A DNA stretch of 64,000 bases from Macrostomum lignano (taxonomy: Eukaryota). The notes beneath the pieces are model-generated. The model was not told where the DNA came from, ran no database searches, and saw only the letters and a program-made list of their open reading frames with translations. Every line of letters starts with the position of its first letter. The first letter of the stretch is position 1. The position numbers were made by a program, and so were the translations under genes. Location: the NCBI GenBank assembly GCA_002269645.1, contig NIVC01000864.1, positions 124,001 to 188,000 on the forward strand, written 5' to 3'. This document shows positions 11,443 to 21,911 of this stretch, in pieces.

Positions 11443-11867
11443 GATGATTTTTTGCTACAAATTATAGTGCGACTTTAGACAAGCAGACGATCCAGCTCTG
11501 ATCCGAATTTAGTGTTAAGTATATATATATATATACTGCAACACCTTTTGCAATTAAATGAGTCATCTGGAGTGTGCATGTCGGTTTTATTTTATAGTCT
11601 CACCAGATGTACGTATTCCTTGCCAGCTTGGTTAATAGGAATCGTAATTGCATTTCAGCATTTCTCTCTTGTGATTGGCTGGAGACCCTCGGCCAGCTTT
11701 ATTTGATAGCATCAACCAATGGAGTAATTCCAAATGTACACTAAGTGCTCGCATGCACACAATTCACTAAGAAGATGATCCAATCATGTTTCAATTGTGT
11801 CTCCGCTCTACCTCGCTAAAATTAGGGTGTAACTTTTTCTTTTTACAAAACAAACTCAAACTAACTA

Positions 11868-12560
11868 CGGTCCCCGCCAAACTGGTGAAGTGAAGTGTAA
11901 GAAAAGTACATAAACCCAGCAACATACTAGTACTCAGCAACAGTCAAAAGGTCCACGCTTCAAGCGAGATGAAAATTTTCTCACGTTTTGCGACAACTTC
12001 TTACTCACAATTCAACCCTCCAGTTACGCAACTATAGCCGCCGCGAGGAATGGAAAGTTGGTATCAATACTCGTAATAAACGTCAGTCGCACAAAATAAT
12101 TTTATGCAATAATCGCGATTCTCAATAACGCGTGTGGGATCCCCTCTCACGCAGAAGTGCGGCGACTCTGCGGTGCATCCTCAGGATGAGGCGGCCACAG
12201 AAAGTCCTGTTAAAGCTGCTGCCAAGCGCAACATTCTGCCTTAGTGGATTTTCGTTTCGAACACAGAATTTTAGGAAGTCCCAAACATGCTCGATGGGAT
12301 TCATGTCTGGGGATCGGGAAGGCCAGCGCAGAGTGCGCGGCTGTAGCTGTTCTTTCGCCCAGTTGACTAACAGCATCGGCTCGGTGTGGCGGCGCGTTGT
12401 GATCTTGGACCATTAAGCTAGCGGACCCAAACCACCCCAAGTGGCGATTAAGCTTTGCGCGTGGGTAGTAATTTTGTTGCGTCACTCGCAATAGTGAAAA
12501 AAATTCATCTTGCTTGGAGGGTGGAACTTTTGACTGTTGCTGAGTATAATACAATTTTAC
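11868..12560 (-). pseudogene. Truncated, frameshifted Tc1/mariner DDE transposase relic
   Basis: VQDHNAPPH (12210..12554 frame) and WPSRSPDMNPIEHVW...RGSHTRY* (12122..12376 frame) are Tc1-family motifs split across frames. A possible element end TA|CGGTCCCCGCC lies at 11866-11878; no matching second TIR was found. Confidence 0.85.
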
Positions 12561-13436
12561 AATACTTTTTTAAAGTCAATTCAAAGCATTTGCTAATTGA
12601 GCCTTTAGACAGGCTAGTATCATGTAAAATTAAAGCCGGAAACGTGTGTTACTAACTAATCCATTCCACCGACTCCCCTGAGCAGGCACATGCAACAATT
12701 ACGCAGTTATACACACAGGCACACATTCACAAAGGAGTGTACAGAGGCCCTAAATTTATTTATCGTTAGACATGTACACATCTACACTGTTTGCTAAGGG
12801 GGGGGGGTTGGCCATCAAGGACAGGGCCACTGCTCTCGGTCACTTCGTCAACCAGGGCCAATCAATTTAGTAGACCTCTTAAACTTTGATCCCATCGTCA
12901 ATTGCCAATTGCGAAGCCCAAAAATGGTGGTCACTTCGTCAACTCCGCATTCGTGCATGTGTATGCAGTACAAGATGTTGAAACCCGCGGAGAGAGAGAG
13001 TCCGAAAGCCGACTACGAAACCGGCCCAGTCCAATTGATCTTAAATAATTGGTTGAAGATCGTTGATCAACTAAAACTTTGATTAATGGCTGCGTCTCTA
13101 TCCTTCCATCATTGGCTCTGGAACTTTTATCACTTCTTGACGCATGTCTCAGCTTTGCAGTGACATCTTAGACACATGATTGCCTTTTGTATTTCCCGAG
13201 ATATTTGCATGCTTCCAAATTGTGCCAAGGGGTGCCAACTAACTGAATTCGTCTTTTGACACAATGTGGTATTCATGCCAATGTTTTTTCTTTAGGACAG
13301 AAAATTTTTGCTTATAAAATTTGAAAACTGAATACGACGTCAGAGTAAGGAATGTATCCCAAAGCATGAAATCATTTTTTGTTTGAATTACTTGTTCGAA
13401 GGAAAAATATTCTGTTGGAAAATCTGCGAACGCACG

Positions 13437-13889
13437 TGTGACGAGTTTATTTAGTTCGAGAACATGGGACTGATGCGCGTGCGCGTGCTGAGTCTGAGTG
13501 TTGATCTTGTCCTAGGCCAATATACGTATTATTAATTTAACAACTCAATTGCTAGTCTGAATAATGGTGAGTAGGTCAGAAGCAGTATGGCAATGCCAAC
13601 TATTTACCAAAGGGTAATCTGAGACGATAATATAATGTTAATGCCACCCAGCCTACGGGAACTAAGACCAACACACAGAGCGCAGGACTCTACACAAAAA
13701 CTATCAAGAAGCAAAATTTGAATAACTGCACTAATTGAAAATAGAAAAACAAAATTAAACCAAATGAGGAAAGTAACTAAAAAATAAGTTACAAACATTA
13801 GACCAAAATAGATATAGTTTTAAATATTAATTGCAAAAAAACATAAATACGAAATTGAACATTTTCAATACAGAAGCGACGACGTTACA
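13437..13889 (-). repeat. 3' LTR of element A
   Basis: TGTGACGAG...GACGTTACA; adjacent to the minus-strand polypurine tract GCGGAAAGGGGCGGA at 13890-13904. Confidence 0.96.
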
Positions 13890-14169
13890 TCCGCCCCTTT
13901 CCGCAAAAATTAGGGAACGGCCTGGCGATCTTATGAATTCGAAAATAACAGGGCTTAAAATGTAATAAAATGTCAACGAAGTTGTTATTTGAGCGCACTC
14001 GAACTCCACAAATATTGGTTGGGAATAAAAGCAGTAGACGATCGATTAAGCAATAAGTAACGATATAAAATTCAGTAATATAACTATTGTATATTCGCGA
14101 AAAATTAATTGAGAGACAAACGGTCAGAAGGAATCAAAAGTGGATTAAGACATACGAGCGAACGAAACG

Positions 14170-14665
14170 CCAAAGGAGGCCGATGGTAGCCGGCATTAGG
14201 CCGATGGTAGCCGGCAGGAGCAGGCCGATGGTAGCCGGCGTGAGCAGGCCGATGGTAGCCGGCAGGAGCAGGCCGATGGTAGCCGGCAGGAGCAGGCCGA
14301 TGGTGGCCGGCAGGAGGCCGATGGTAGCCGGCAGGAGGCCGATGGTAGCCGGCAGGAGGCCGATGGTAGCCAGCAGGAGGCCGATGGTAGCCGGCAGGAG
14401 CAGGCCGATGGTAGCCGGCAGGAGCAGGCCGATGGTAGCCGGCAGGAGGCCGATGGTGGCCGGCAGGAGGCCGATGGTAGCCGGCAGGAGGCCGATGGTA
14501 GCCGGCAGGAGGCCGATGGTAGCCGGCAGGAGGCCGATGGTAGCCGGCAGGAGGCCGATGGTAGCCAGCAGGAGGCCGATGGTAGCCAGCAGGAGGCCGA
14601 TGGTAGCCAGCAGGAGGCCGATGGTAGCCGGCAGGAGGCCGATGGTGGCTGGCAGGAGACCGATC
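14170..14665. repeat. 21/24-bp minisatellite (AGGCCGATGGTAGCCGGCAGG[AGC]) in the 3' untranslated region of element A
   Basis: About 22 visible copies between the pol stop and the PPT. Confidence 0.93.
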
Positions 14666-15018
14666 CCCCCCCCTAATAACTACAACTGCAGAACCCCCCC
14701 CCAAAGACGAAAGAAAAGAACCTAAGGTGGAAAGGCACAAGAAAGCTAGGAAAGTTTCACACCAGGCTTAGAGCGTTGCAGCAACGATAGCCCGCAACAC
14801 AGCCAAGGCAAACGATATGTGTGAAAACCAAAGCAGACCACCAGCACTGAAAACTGAAAATTCAAATTTACCTTTTCATGGTTACTTTAACGACTGCTGC
14901 AATGTCGTATTCGAATATTTCCATTTCAATATTTTTGGATTTTTTAAAAGTTTTTTTGTCAGTTACAAATCATTAGTAGTGAGCAATGACCCCAAGTAAG
15001 CCCCATTAAGGTTAAACG

Positions 15019-18000
15019 CTAGGCGCTGTTGCTTAAATGTCCGTTCCTCGAACACAGACGCACTATAGTGTTCAAGAAACGCTGAGGCTTACGCACCAGA
15101 CGGCCGGAACGGGTCGTCGTAATCGGCGTAGTGACTGGACCAGCTGGAAATGCTTCCACTTTATCACTATCCACGGTATCTTGCGCTGGTGGTGTCTCTT
15201 GAATACAATGGCTGCCACTCGTTGGACTTTCTGGACGCAAGCCGTCCATTGCAGGCATGGTAGTGCTGCTTTCATGGACTCGAGATTCTGGCAGCTGTTC
15301 TTCTGTGTTGTTCTGCGGTACTTCCACTTCTGCACCAATTTCAGGTACCTGGTAATCCTGTTGCAGATTCCCCGAGTCTGCCACTTCTACGAAAGCGCTA
15401 GGCAAGCTTGGCGACTGGTTTCGTGCTAAACGATCAGGCGACGATGTGCACAGAAAATCAGGCGCTACTGTGCGCGGTGGATCAGGCGCTGATGGGTGCG
15501 GTGGATCAGGCGCTGATGTGTGCGGTGGATCAGGCGCTGATGTGCGCGGTGGATCAGGCGCTGATGTGTGCGGTGGATCAGGCGCTGATGTGTGCGGTGG
15601 ATCAGGCGCTGGTGGATGCGGTGGATCAGGCGCTGATGTGCGCGGTGGATCAGGCGCTGATGTGTTCGGTGGATCAGGCGCTGATGTGTGTGGTGGATCA
15701 GGCGCTGATGTGTGCGGTGGATCAGGCGCTAATGTGCGCGGTGGATCAGGCGCTGGTGTGTGTGGTGGATCAGGTGCTGATGTGTGCGGTGGATCAGGCG
15801 CTTCGTCATCCTGTGTGTTGGGAACTTCAGCTTCTGGTTCCGGCTCACTGCAGGTAGTGGCCGATGAACCCCAGGAGTCACTGCGAGACTCGGATTGATC
15901 ATCCAGTTGGCCTAATCTCGAAGGTGGAATCAGAGCTGGGACCCTGAGTTCGAACCGGTCGGCGATATCTTGGTACGTTTGCTTGCGGATACACCGCTTC
16001 ATTCGGTCTACGTTGTAGATGTTATGACTCGGATTTGGTGTTTGGCAGATTGGATTGATGCGAGCGAATTCGGGAATGAGGCGGTAGTTTCGCTCAGAAA
16101 CCTTTTGAACTACTTTGTATGGCCCTAACCAGACGGCTGAGTCTAATCCCCGATGGTCGGGGTTGAGTACCCACACCAGTTCTCCGATTTCGAAGTTGGA
16201 GTGAATGGTATTACGATCATAATTCCGCTTTTGCCTCTGTTGGGCCTTACCTCGCTCCATGCGGGCGATCGCCGATACCTCCACCAATAGTTTGTGCAGC
16301 TTGTGTGCATAACAGTCTGGATCATACCTGTCGTGCCTTGGCGGGTTGAACAGCAGGTCTAGAGGCAGCACAAGTTCCCGACCGAAAAAGAGCCTGGCTG
16401 GGGTCCAGCCTGTGGATTCGGCCACAGTCGTCCGGATTGAAAGACCGGCCAAACGAGCTGCATAGACCCAATTGACTCTTTTTTCAAGGCAAATTGCACG
16501 AATCTGCGCTTTGATTGATTGTATGGTCCTTTCCGCTTTACCGTTTGATTGCGACCTGTGTGCGGTGATACGTGCCATGTCTATTTCAAGTAGTCTGGTG
16601 AGCTCCGCTACCGTTTTATTTATGAAGGCCGTGCCATTATCCGAAACAAGTTTCTCCATAGTGCCATATCGAACTATCCACTCGGTTAGTATAACTGTGG
16701 CGGTAGTTGCGGCCGAGACGTCTGGGACAGGCACGATCTCTACATACCCAGAAAAGTTATCTACTAGCACCAGCAAGTAACGGTTGCCCTCCTGCTCTGG
16801 GAAAGGCCCTGCGTGGTCAACGTGCACAATTTGATTTGGATAGCCTGATAAAATTGGTTCTAATGGTTCTTTATTCTTCCGTTTGTTCTTCTTAGTGCAG
16901 CAGCATACCTCGCATTCAGCAATGATTCCCTTCACGAATACTTCGAGGTTTGTGATTTGGAACCTTTGTTTTAAGGCCCGGACTGTTTTGTTGATTCCGC
17001 AGTGATTAATGTCTCTGTGATAGCAGGAAACTAGCTCATCAACATCTGCTGTCTCTGGTATGATTATGAGTCGCTGACTGACTTGGCCCTGCTTAGCGGG
17101 TTTGACGCGAGTCAGAAGGCCATTTACAACTTCGAGTTCGTCAAACATGGCCCAAAGCGTTCGAATTTCACGACTGCAGTCCTGGACTTCAACCTTAGTT
17201 AGTCTTGGAGATTTCCCTTCAACGGCCTCAATCAATCTCACGAGATCTGTGCTAGATTCTTGAGCTTCTCTAGCCCATAGATTCTCGGAGTTTTCTGACA
17301 TCTCATCCTCAGATGTTTCTCCCTCCGGGTCCGGATCCTGGGCTGTCGAAGGCAAGCTAAGCGACCGATGGCTTCTGACCTCATCCGACCCTTCATGGCT
17401 GGTCAAAATCTCGGAAGGATACTTCGGCTCTTGGTTTGATTGGTGGGGCTCCGTCTGGCAGCAAGCGTCTATTTGTGCTGTTCTCAGCTGCACAGCGGGC
17501 ATGCTGTCTGTATCCTCATCCTCGTCCTGGCACCTTTGCTCCTCCAACTTCCTAAATTTGTCTTGGAAAGCAGGGATTTTGCTGCACGTTGGGCAGTCAT
17601 GGTGATCTGACCTAAACCTGGGGTTGCGGCTGAGCATATCCGCGTTAACATGATCACGGCCAGGACGATGCTCCACTGAGAAGTCATACTCCGCAAGTCG
17701 TTCCAGTGGTGTCTGACATACCTTAAAGTTGTAGACGTCAATGGTTGCCAGCCACTGAGCTAGCATGCCCGTGCTATGTTTTTTGGTGTGCAGCCACTGC
17801 AAGGCTGCTGCATCGGAACGCACCAGAAAACTGCGGTCCAAGAGGTACGTTCTGAAGTGTTCTAACATAATGACCAAGCCAAGTAGTTCGCGCATAGTAG
17901 CACAATAGTTCCGCTGGGAGTGCGTGAATTTCTTGGACGCGTACGCCACAACGTGCTCTTGTCCATCTGGGCCTTCTTGTGACAATACTCCGCCAACTCC

Positions 18001-21000
18001 TTCGAGCGAGGAGTCACAGTCCAAGATGAAGGGCCCAGCTGACGGCTTGAGGTCAGGATATGCTAGAACTGGAGGAGCACATAAATTGGCCTTCAACTCT
18101 TCAAATGCTCTGTCGTGATGTTCGAGCCAGCAGAATTTTGATGACCCTTTGGCCAACGAATACAGAGGAGATGCGATTACAGAAAATCGAGCTACAAATT
18201 TCCTGTAGTAATTCGCGAATCCAAGAAAAGCTAGTAATTGCCTCTTGTCTGTTGGCTTGCACCAGTTTCTAACAGCGTCGATCTTAGTCGGATCTGCTTC
18301 TATGCCCTGGGAGGAGACGACGAATCCTAAGAAACGAACTCGATCCTTAAAAAGTTCACATTTCGATGGCTTGATTTTTAGATTGGCCTTTTTAAGTTGC
18401 CAAAGGACAAGGGCCAGGTGGACGATCATTTCGTCATTGTCTCTGGCTTTTATAATGATGTCGTCCAAGTAGATGAGGCTGACGCGCATTAATAAAGGTC
18501 GGAAAACTTTGTGCATCAACTTGGCAAAGTTCGCTGGGGCTGTTTTTATCCCGAATGGGACAACTTTCCAGCGATAGGTCCCCTGGGGACATGTGAAGGC
18601 CGTGAGATCACGGTCCTGTTCTCGGATACCTACCTGCCAGTAGGCAGATGTAAGATCTAAACTTGAGAATACCTTTGACCCCGCTAAGCTATCAAAGGAC
18701 TCCTCTATTAGAGGCAGCGGAAAGGTGCACGGTTTTATGACTTTGTTGACACTACGGTAATCAATGCAAAGGCGCTGCGAGCCGTCTTTTTTCCTAACTA
18801 AGACTATGGGAGAAGCCCATTCTGAGTTGCTTTCTTCGATTACTCCTTGTTCAATTAGCTGGTTTATGTGCCGATCTAAAAATTCTTTTTGCGCTGGTGT
18901 TGTGCGTCTTGAGGGTTGCGAGATGGGTCGGCAGGTTGGTTCGTTGAGCTCAATAGCCATCTCGTGAAGGTGTGTTTTCCCTAAATCCGTGTCACTTTTA
19001 GATATCGCACTGAGGAAATAGTTTAACAGTTTTAATGTTATTGTCAACTGGGTTTCTGACAGGGTGGACTCTTCTAGTTTGAACTGCTTCTTTAGCCAAG
19101 ATGCTGTGCCAAGATCAGGGTCAGGAAGTTTAGCAAGCTTGGTTCCCAGATCTTTGGAACTGCTAACTGAGAAGTCCTTCTCGGTGAGAGCAGTGTGCGA
19201 GATGGTCTCACCAACTCTTAAGCTTTGAAAGGAGGCGATCTCCTGTCCCGCAGCAATTTCGGACGGCTGGTTGCCACTATTCAATAGGCGTACCAGGACA
19301 TGACCAGTGCTGCTCACACTATCCACAGAATGAGCCACAAAGAATTCCGAGTCAGAACAAAAGAGCTTGGTGCCCAGGAATCCAGGAGAGCCAGGATCTG
19401 CACCAATGACTCGGCTTGGCACCATGGTCTCTGATCTGGGGGGTAACTGCACGTTGCAAGCTGCAGTGACTCTGCGAGCTTGAAAGACTCCCCGATCGCC
19501 TTCAATCACAGGTACCACTTCGCCCGCTACAGTTACCTGACCATCTGCAACAAGCAGGTTCACGTTAAAACCTCTCATAAAGTCTATTCCTAAGAGGACG
19601 TCTGTAACTTGACCTTCTGTGACTAGGAACACGTGAGTCTGTGATATTTTGCCCAGCTTGACTTCACAGTGTAGGGTGCCTAGAATCTGTGTCGAGGTAC
19701 CATTAAATGCTGTTGCAGCTTGGTATTTTCTAGCAGGAATAAATGTATTGTTGATTGGATCGTTTGCAATCAGTTGGTCTCTGACTTTGGTGCCCATGAC
19801 GCTTGCATTGCAACCTGAATCAAGGCAAGCGATGACCTTGTTGTCTCCAATTCCCAACTGCACAAACATACTAGACTCGACTGGAGTATCGGCCGCCCAG
19901 GATTGGTCACATCGGACAGGCATTTGGTAGCGACAGACCCCTACTGCTCTATCATGTTTGTGACCAGGATCTGCTCGGCGTAAGAATTGCACAGTTGTGC
20001 CTACTAACTGATGGCTGTTTGCAACCTGTTTTAACTCGTTGTCAAGGCTGGAATAATGGCAAAAGAGGGAGTCTGGCATCTGACTTGGCTGGATAAAGCC
20101 AAATCCACCTTTCCAAACCGTTATGGTTCCTATTTCCATCATTGGGGCCATACCAGTTGGTCTTCCACCTGCCCCTACCCCATTGGAGGGCGGTGGTTTC
20201 GGGCAGTCCGCAGTTAAATGGTCATGGTCGCTGCACCGATTGCATCGCTTAGGGGATTTAGACCAACGACTACTGTTCTTGTACTGGCCAGATTGTCCCA
20301 GATTGACAGGCGGCACTTGTGAAGGAAAGTTCTGAAAATCTTTTGAATTATGATCTGAAGACTGAGTGGTCTGATTCTGTTGAACTAGTTTTTCAAGCTC
20401 GCGGATTCGGGCTTCTAATTCTGCTGTTCTGTCAGGGGCGGCAGCTCTGATGACTGGAGTTACTTCACTAGATAAGAGCTTCTTGACACCGGCAATTTCC
20501 CTGGCCTTTTTTGCTAAATCTTCAGCAGACCATGTTGGGTTTTCTTGACCCAGGAGGATCAGTCTTTCAGCAAGACCCTTATCTCTCAGACCATAGCAAA
20601 ACCGAGCTCGCACCAAGGGTTCGGCGGTAGGTTTTTTAAGATTAGCAGACTTTGATAGTCTTGTTAGTCTGTCAAAGAACTCCTGTGTTGTTTCCGAGTT
20701 TAACTGTTCGGCAACCGCAAGCTCTAAGTAGCTTTTGTGTTCTGTTCCCGAATCTGTGAATCGATCTTTCAGACTTTTTAGTGCAGTTTGAATGGACTCG
20801 CGGTGCAGAGAGTTGTTAAAAATGAATTCTTGGCACTCAGGTGCGAGCATTGACAATAGGACAGCTGGTTGCTGAGGTGTTGGGACATGATGAGCTTCAA
20901 CATAAGTCAGAAACTGTGTCTCCCATAGTTCGAAATTCATTTGGGGTTGAAAGGGTGGTGGTGGTGGTAGCTTTGGGCTCGAGTTTGAAAGTTTCTCAGC

Positions 21001-21270
21001 TGCTGCGGAAGCCTCTCTGTCACAAGTTTTCTCTAGGATCATTGTTAGAGTCTGGAGGACCTTACTTAAGTCTGACTGCTCTGCCATACCATGTGGTGGT
21101 TTCGCATCCCTACTTGTGTCTCCAACCTGTGCAGCCTGTTGGCTTGAGGCACCAGCTTCAGGTGGCGTTGATGTGCTACTCTCTGTCTGCAACTGTAAAA
21201 CCTGCTGGCCCTGGCCAGCAGCCCCATTGGGCGACAAGGCCTCATCACTTTCTTCGTTAGAAGAGGACAT
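15019..21270 (-). CDS. Element A gag-pol polyprotein, 2083 aa: Gag, CCHC knuckle, cold-shock domain, aspartic protease, RT, RNase H, integrase, TSAPDPPH-repeat tail
   Basis: Motifs seen: CNRCSDHDHLTADC, GFGFI/LFCHYS, LDSGC, YLDDII, CDSSLEGVGGVL, H-x4-H...CEVC, HVDHAGP/SDNG/NGKAE. Single uninterrupted ORF in the Gypsy order PR-RT-RH-IN. Confidence 0.97.
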   Translation of the reverse strand: MSSSNEESDEALSPNGAAGQGQQVLQLQTESSTSTPPEAGASSQQAAQVGDTSRDAKPPHGMAEQSDLSKVLQTLTMILEKTCDREASAAAEKLSNSSPKLPPPPPFQPQMNFELWETQFLTYVEAHHVPTPQQPAVLLSMLAPECQEFIFNNSLHRESIQTALKSLKDRFTDSGTEHKSYLELAVAEQLNSETTQEFFDRLTRLSKSANLKKPTAEPLVRARFCYGLRDKGLAERLILLGQENPTWSAEDLAKKAREIAGVKKLLSSEVTPVIRAAAPDRTAELEARIRELEKLVQQNQTTQSSDHNSKDFQNFPSQVPPVNLGQSGQYKNSSRWSKSPKRCNRCSDHDHLTADCPKPPPSNGVGAGGRPTGMAPMMEIGTITVWKGGFGFIQPSQMPDSLFCHYSSLDNELKQVANSHQLVGTTVQFLRRADPGHKHDRAVGVCRYQMPVRCDQSWAADTPVESSMFVQLGIGDNKVIACLDSGCNASVMGTKVRDQLIANDPINNTFIPARKYQAATAFNGTSTQILGTLHCEVKLGKISQTHVFLVTEGQVTDVLLGIDFMRGFNVNLLVADGQVTVAGEVVPVIEGDRGVFQARRVTAACNVQLPPRSETMVPSRVIGADPGSPGFLGTKLFCSDSEFFVAHSVDSVSSTGHVLVRLLNSGNQPSEIAAGQEIASFQSLRVGETISHTALTEKDFSVSSSKDLGTKLAKLPDPDLGTASWLKKQFKLEESTLSETQLTITLKLLNYFLSAISKSDTDLGKTHLHEMAIELNEPTCRPISQPSRRTTPAQKEFLDRHINQLIEQGVIEESNSEWASPIVLVRKKDGSQRLCIDYRSVNKVIKPCTFPLPLIEESFDSLAGSKVFSSLDLTSAYWQVGIREQDRDLTAFTCPQGTYRWKVVPFGIKTAPANFAKLMHKVFRPLLMRVSLIYLDDIIIKARDNDEMIVHLALVLWQLKKANLKIKPSKCELFKDRVRFLGFVVSSQGIEADPTKIDAVRNWCKPTDKRQLLAFLGFANYYRKFVARFSVIASPLYSLAKGSSKFCWLEHHDRAFEELKANLCAPPVLAYPDLKPSAGPFILDCDSSLEGVGGVLSQEGPDGQEHVVAYASKKFTHSQRNYCATMRELLGLVIMLEHFRTYLLDRSFLVRSDAAALQWLHTKKHSTGMLAQWLATIDVYNFKVCQTPLERLAEYDFSVEHRPGRDHVNADMLSRNPRFRSDHHDCPTCSKIPAFQDKFRKLEEQRCQDEDEDTDSMPAVQLRTAQIDACCQTEPHQSNQEPKYPSEILTSHEGSDEVRSHRSLSLPSTAQDPDPEGETSEDEMSENSENLWAREAQESSTDLVRLIEAVEGKSPRLTKVEVQDCSREIRTLWAMFDELEVVNGLLTRVKPAKQGQVSQRLIIIPETADVDELVSCYHRDINHCGINKTVRALKQRFQITNLEVFVKGIIAECEVCCCTKKNKRKNKEPLEPILSGYPNQIVHVDHAGPFPEQEGNRYLLVLVDNFSGYVEIVPVPDVSAATTATVILTEWIVRYGTMEKLVSDNGTAFINKTVAELTRLLEIDMARITAHRSQSNGKAERTIQSIKAQIRAICLEKRVNWVYAARLAGLSIRTTVAESTGWTPARLFFGRELVLPLDLLFNPPRHDRYDPDCYAHKLHKLLVEVSAIARMERGKAQQRQKRNYDRNTIHSNFEIGELVWVLNPDHRGLDSAVWLGPYKVVQKVSERNYRLIPEFARINPICQTPNPSHNIYNVDRMKRCIRKQTYQDIADRFELRVPALIPPSRLGQLDDQSESRSDSWGSSATTCSEPEPEAEVPNTQDDEAPDPPHTSAPDPPHTPAPDPPRTLAPDPPHTSAPDPPHTSAPDPPNTSAPDPPRTSAPDPPHPPAPDPPHTSAPDPPHTSAPDPPRTSAPDPPHTSAPDPPHPSAPDPPRTVAPDFLCTSSPDRLARNQSPSLPSAFVEVADSGNLQQDYQVPEIGAEVEVPQNNTEEQLPESRVHESSTTMPAMDGLRPESPTSGSHCIQETPPAQDTVDSDKVEAFPAGPVTTPITTTRSGRLVRKPQRFLNTIVRLCSRNGHLSNSA
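15455..15805 (-). repeat. In-frame 24-bp repeat encoding (TSAPDPPH)n in the integrase C-terminal tail
   Basis: Visible GGATCAGGCGCTGATGTGTGCGGT units. Confidence 0.93.
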
Positions 21271-21886
21271 TAGGAGACGAGATATGACAGATATTGCTTT
21301 GCCAGAGAGTGGCGAGAGGAAAGGCCAGATAATAAAAACACGAAAGAAGTCTGGCAGAGTTAAAGAGCCTCACTACAATTCCTAGAAAAATTAGACTAAC
21401 CCAGAAAATATTATACTGGCTCTGCCAGACAGGCCCTATGTTCCTATGCAGAGTTGAATACTAAGAAAACTCCCTCACCTAGCTGGTCTCCTGCCACTGC
21501 CACGTGATTCGGTGTAGTCCTGGGTTGCCGCCGGCGTTGGCTTGGCCTCCCGGCTTAAGCTCAATTTGTTGTTGGTCAGTTGGTCTCTTGGCGCTTGTAC
21601 TTGTAGTGCAGTCTCGATTGGCTGACTCTGACTGGCGTTGATTCTGACAGGGGTATCGTTGCGCGCAACCCCAAAGGACGAAAACTTGCAGGCAGTCGGG
21701 CAGGTAGCTTCTGGTTGGCCAGCTAAGGGGTGACTCGCGGTCACGTGATGGCGGGGGTTTGTCTCGCTCTCGCTGTTGGATGCAGGAACACTTGCCACTT
21801 GGTTTTAGAGTACCTGTGCACTGCTGCAGATACTTGATGGCATATAGCCGTATGCGAGCTGAATCCGAGCTGATGCGAGTTCGACG

Positions 21887-21905
21887 AATTCGGTGGGACC
21901 CTCCA
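21887..21905 (-). promoter_or_regulatory. Primer-binding site of element A, tRNA-Gln-like
   Basis: Minus strand TGGAGGGTCCCACCGAATT lies 6 nt inside the 5' LTR and resembles the complement of a tRNA-Gln 3' end (...CGGTGGGACCTCCA). The tRNA identity is from memory. Confidence 0.7.
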
Positions 21906-21911
21906 AATTTA

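Noticed and set aside
12838-12943. Direct repeat GGTCACTTCGTCAAC (12838-12852 and 12929-12943), like subterminal repeats of a DNA transposon
   Set aside because: No inverted partner, TSD or transposase could be linked to it.
14105-14740. env gene in element A
   Set aside because: No signal peptide, furin site or TM helix; the ORF is almost entirely tandem repeat (kept only as a low-interest finding).
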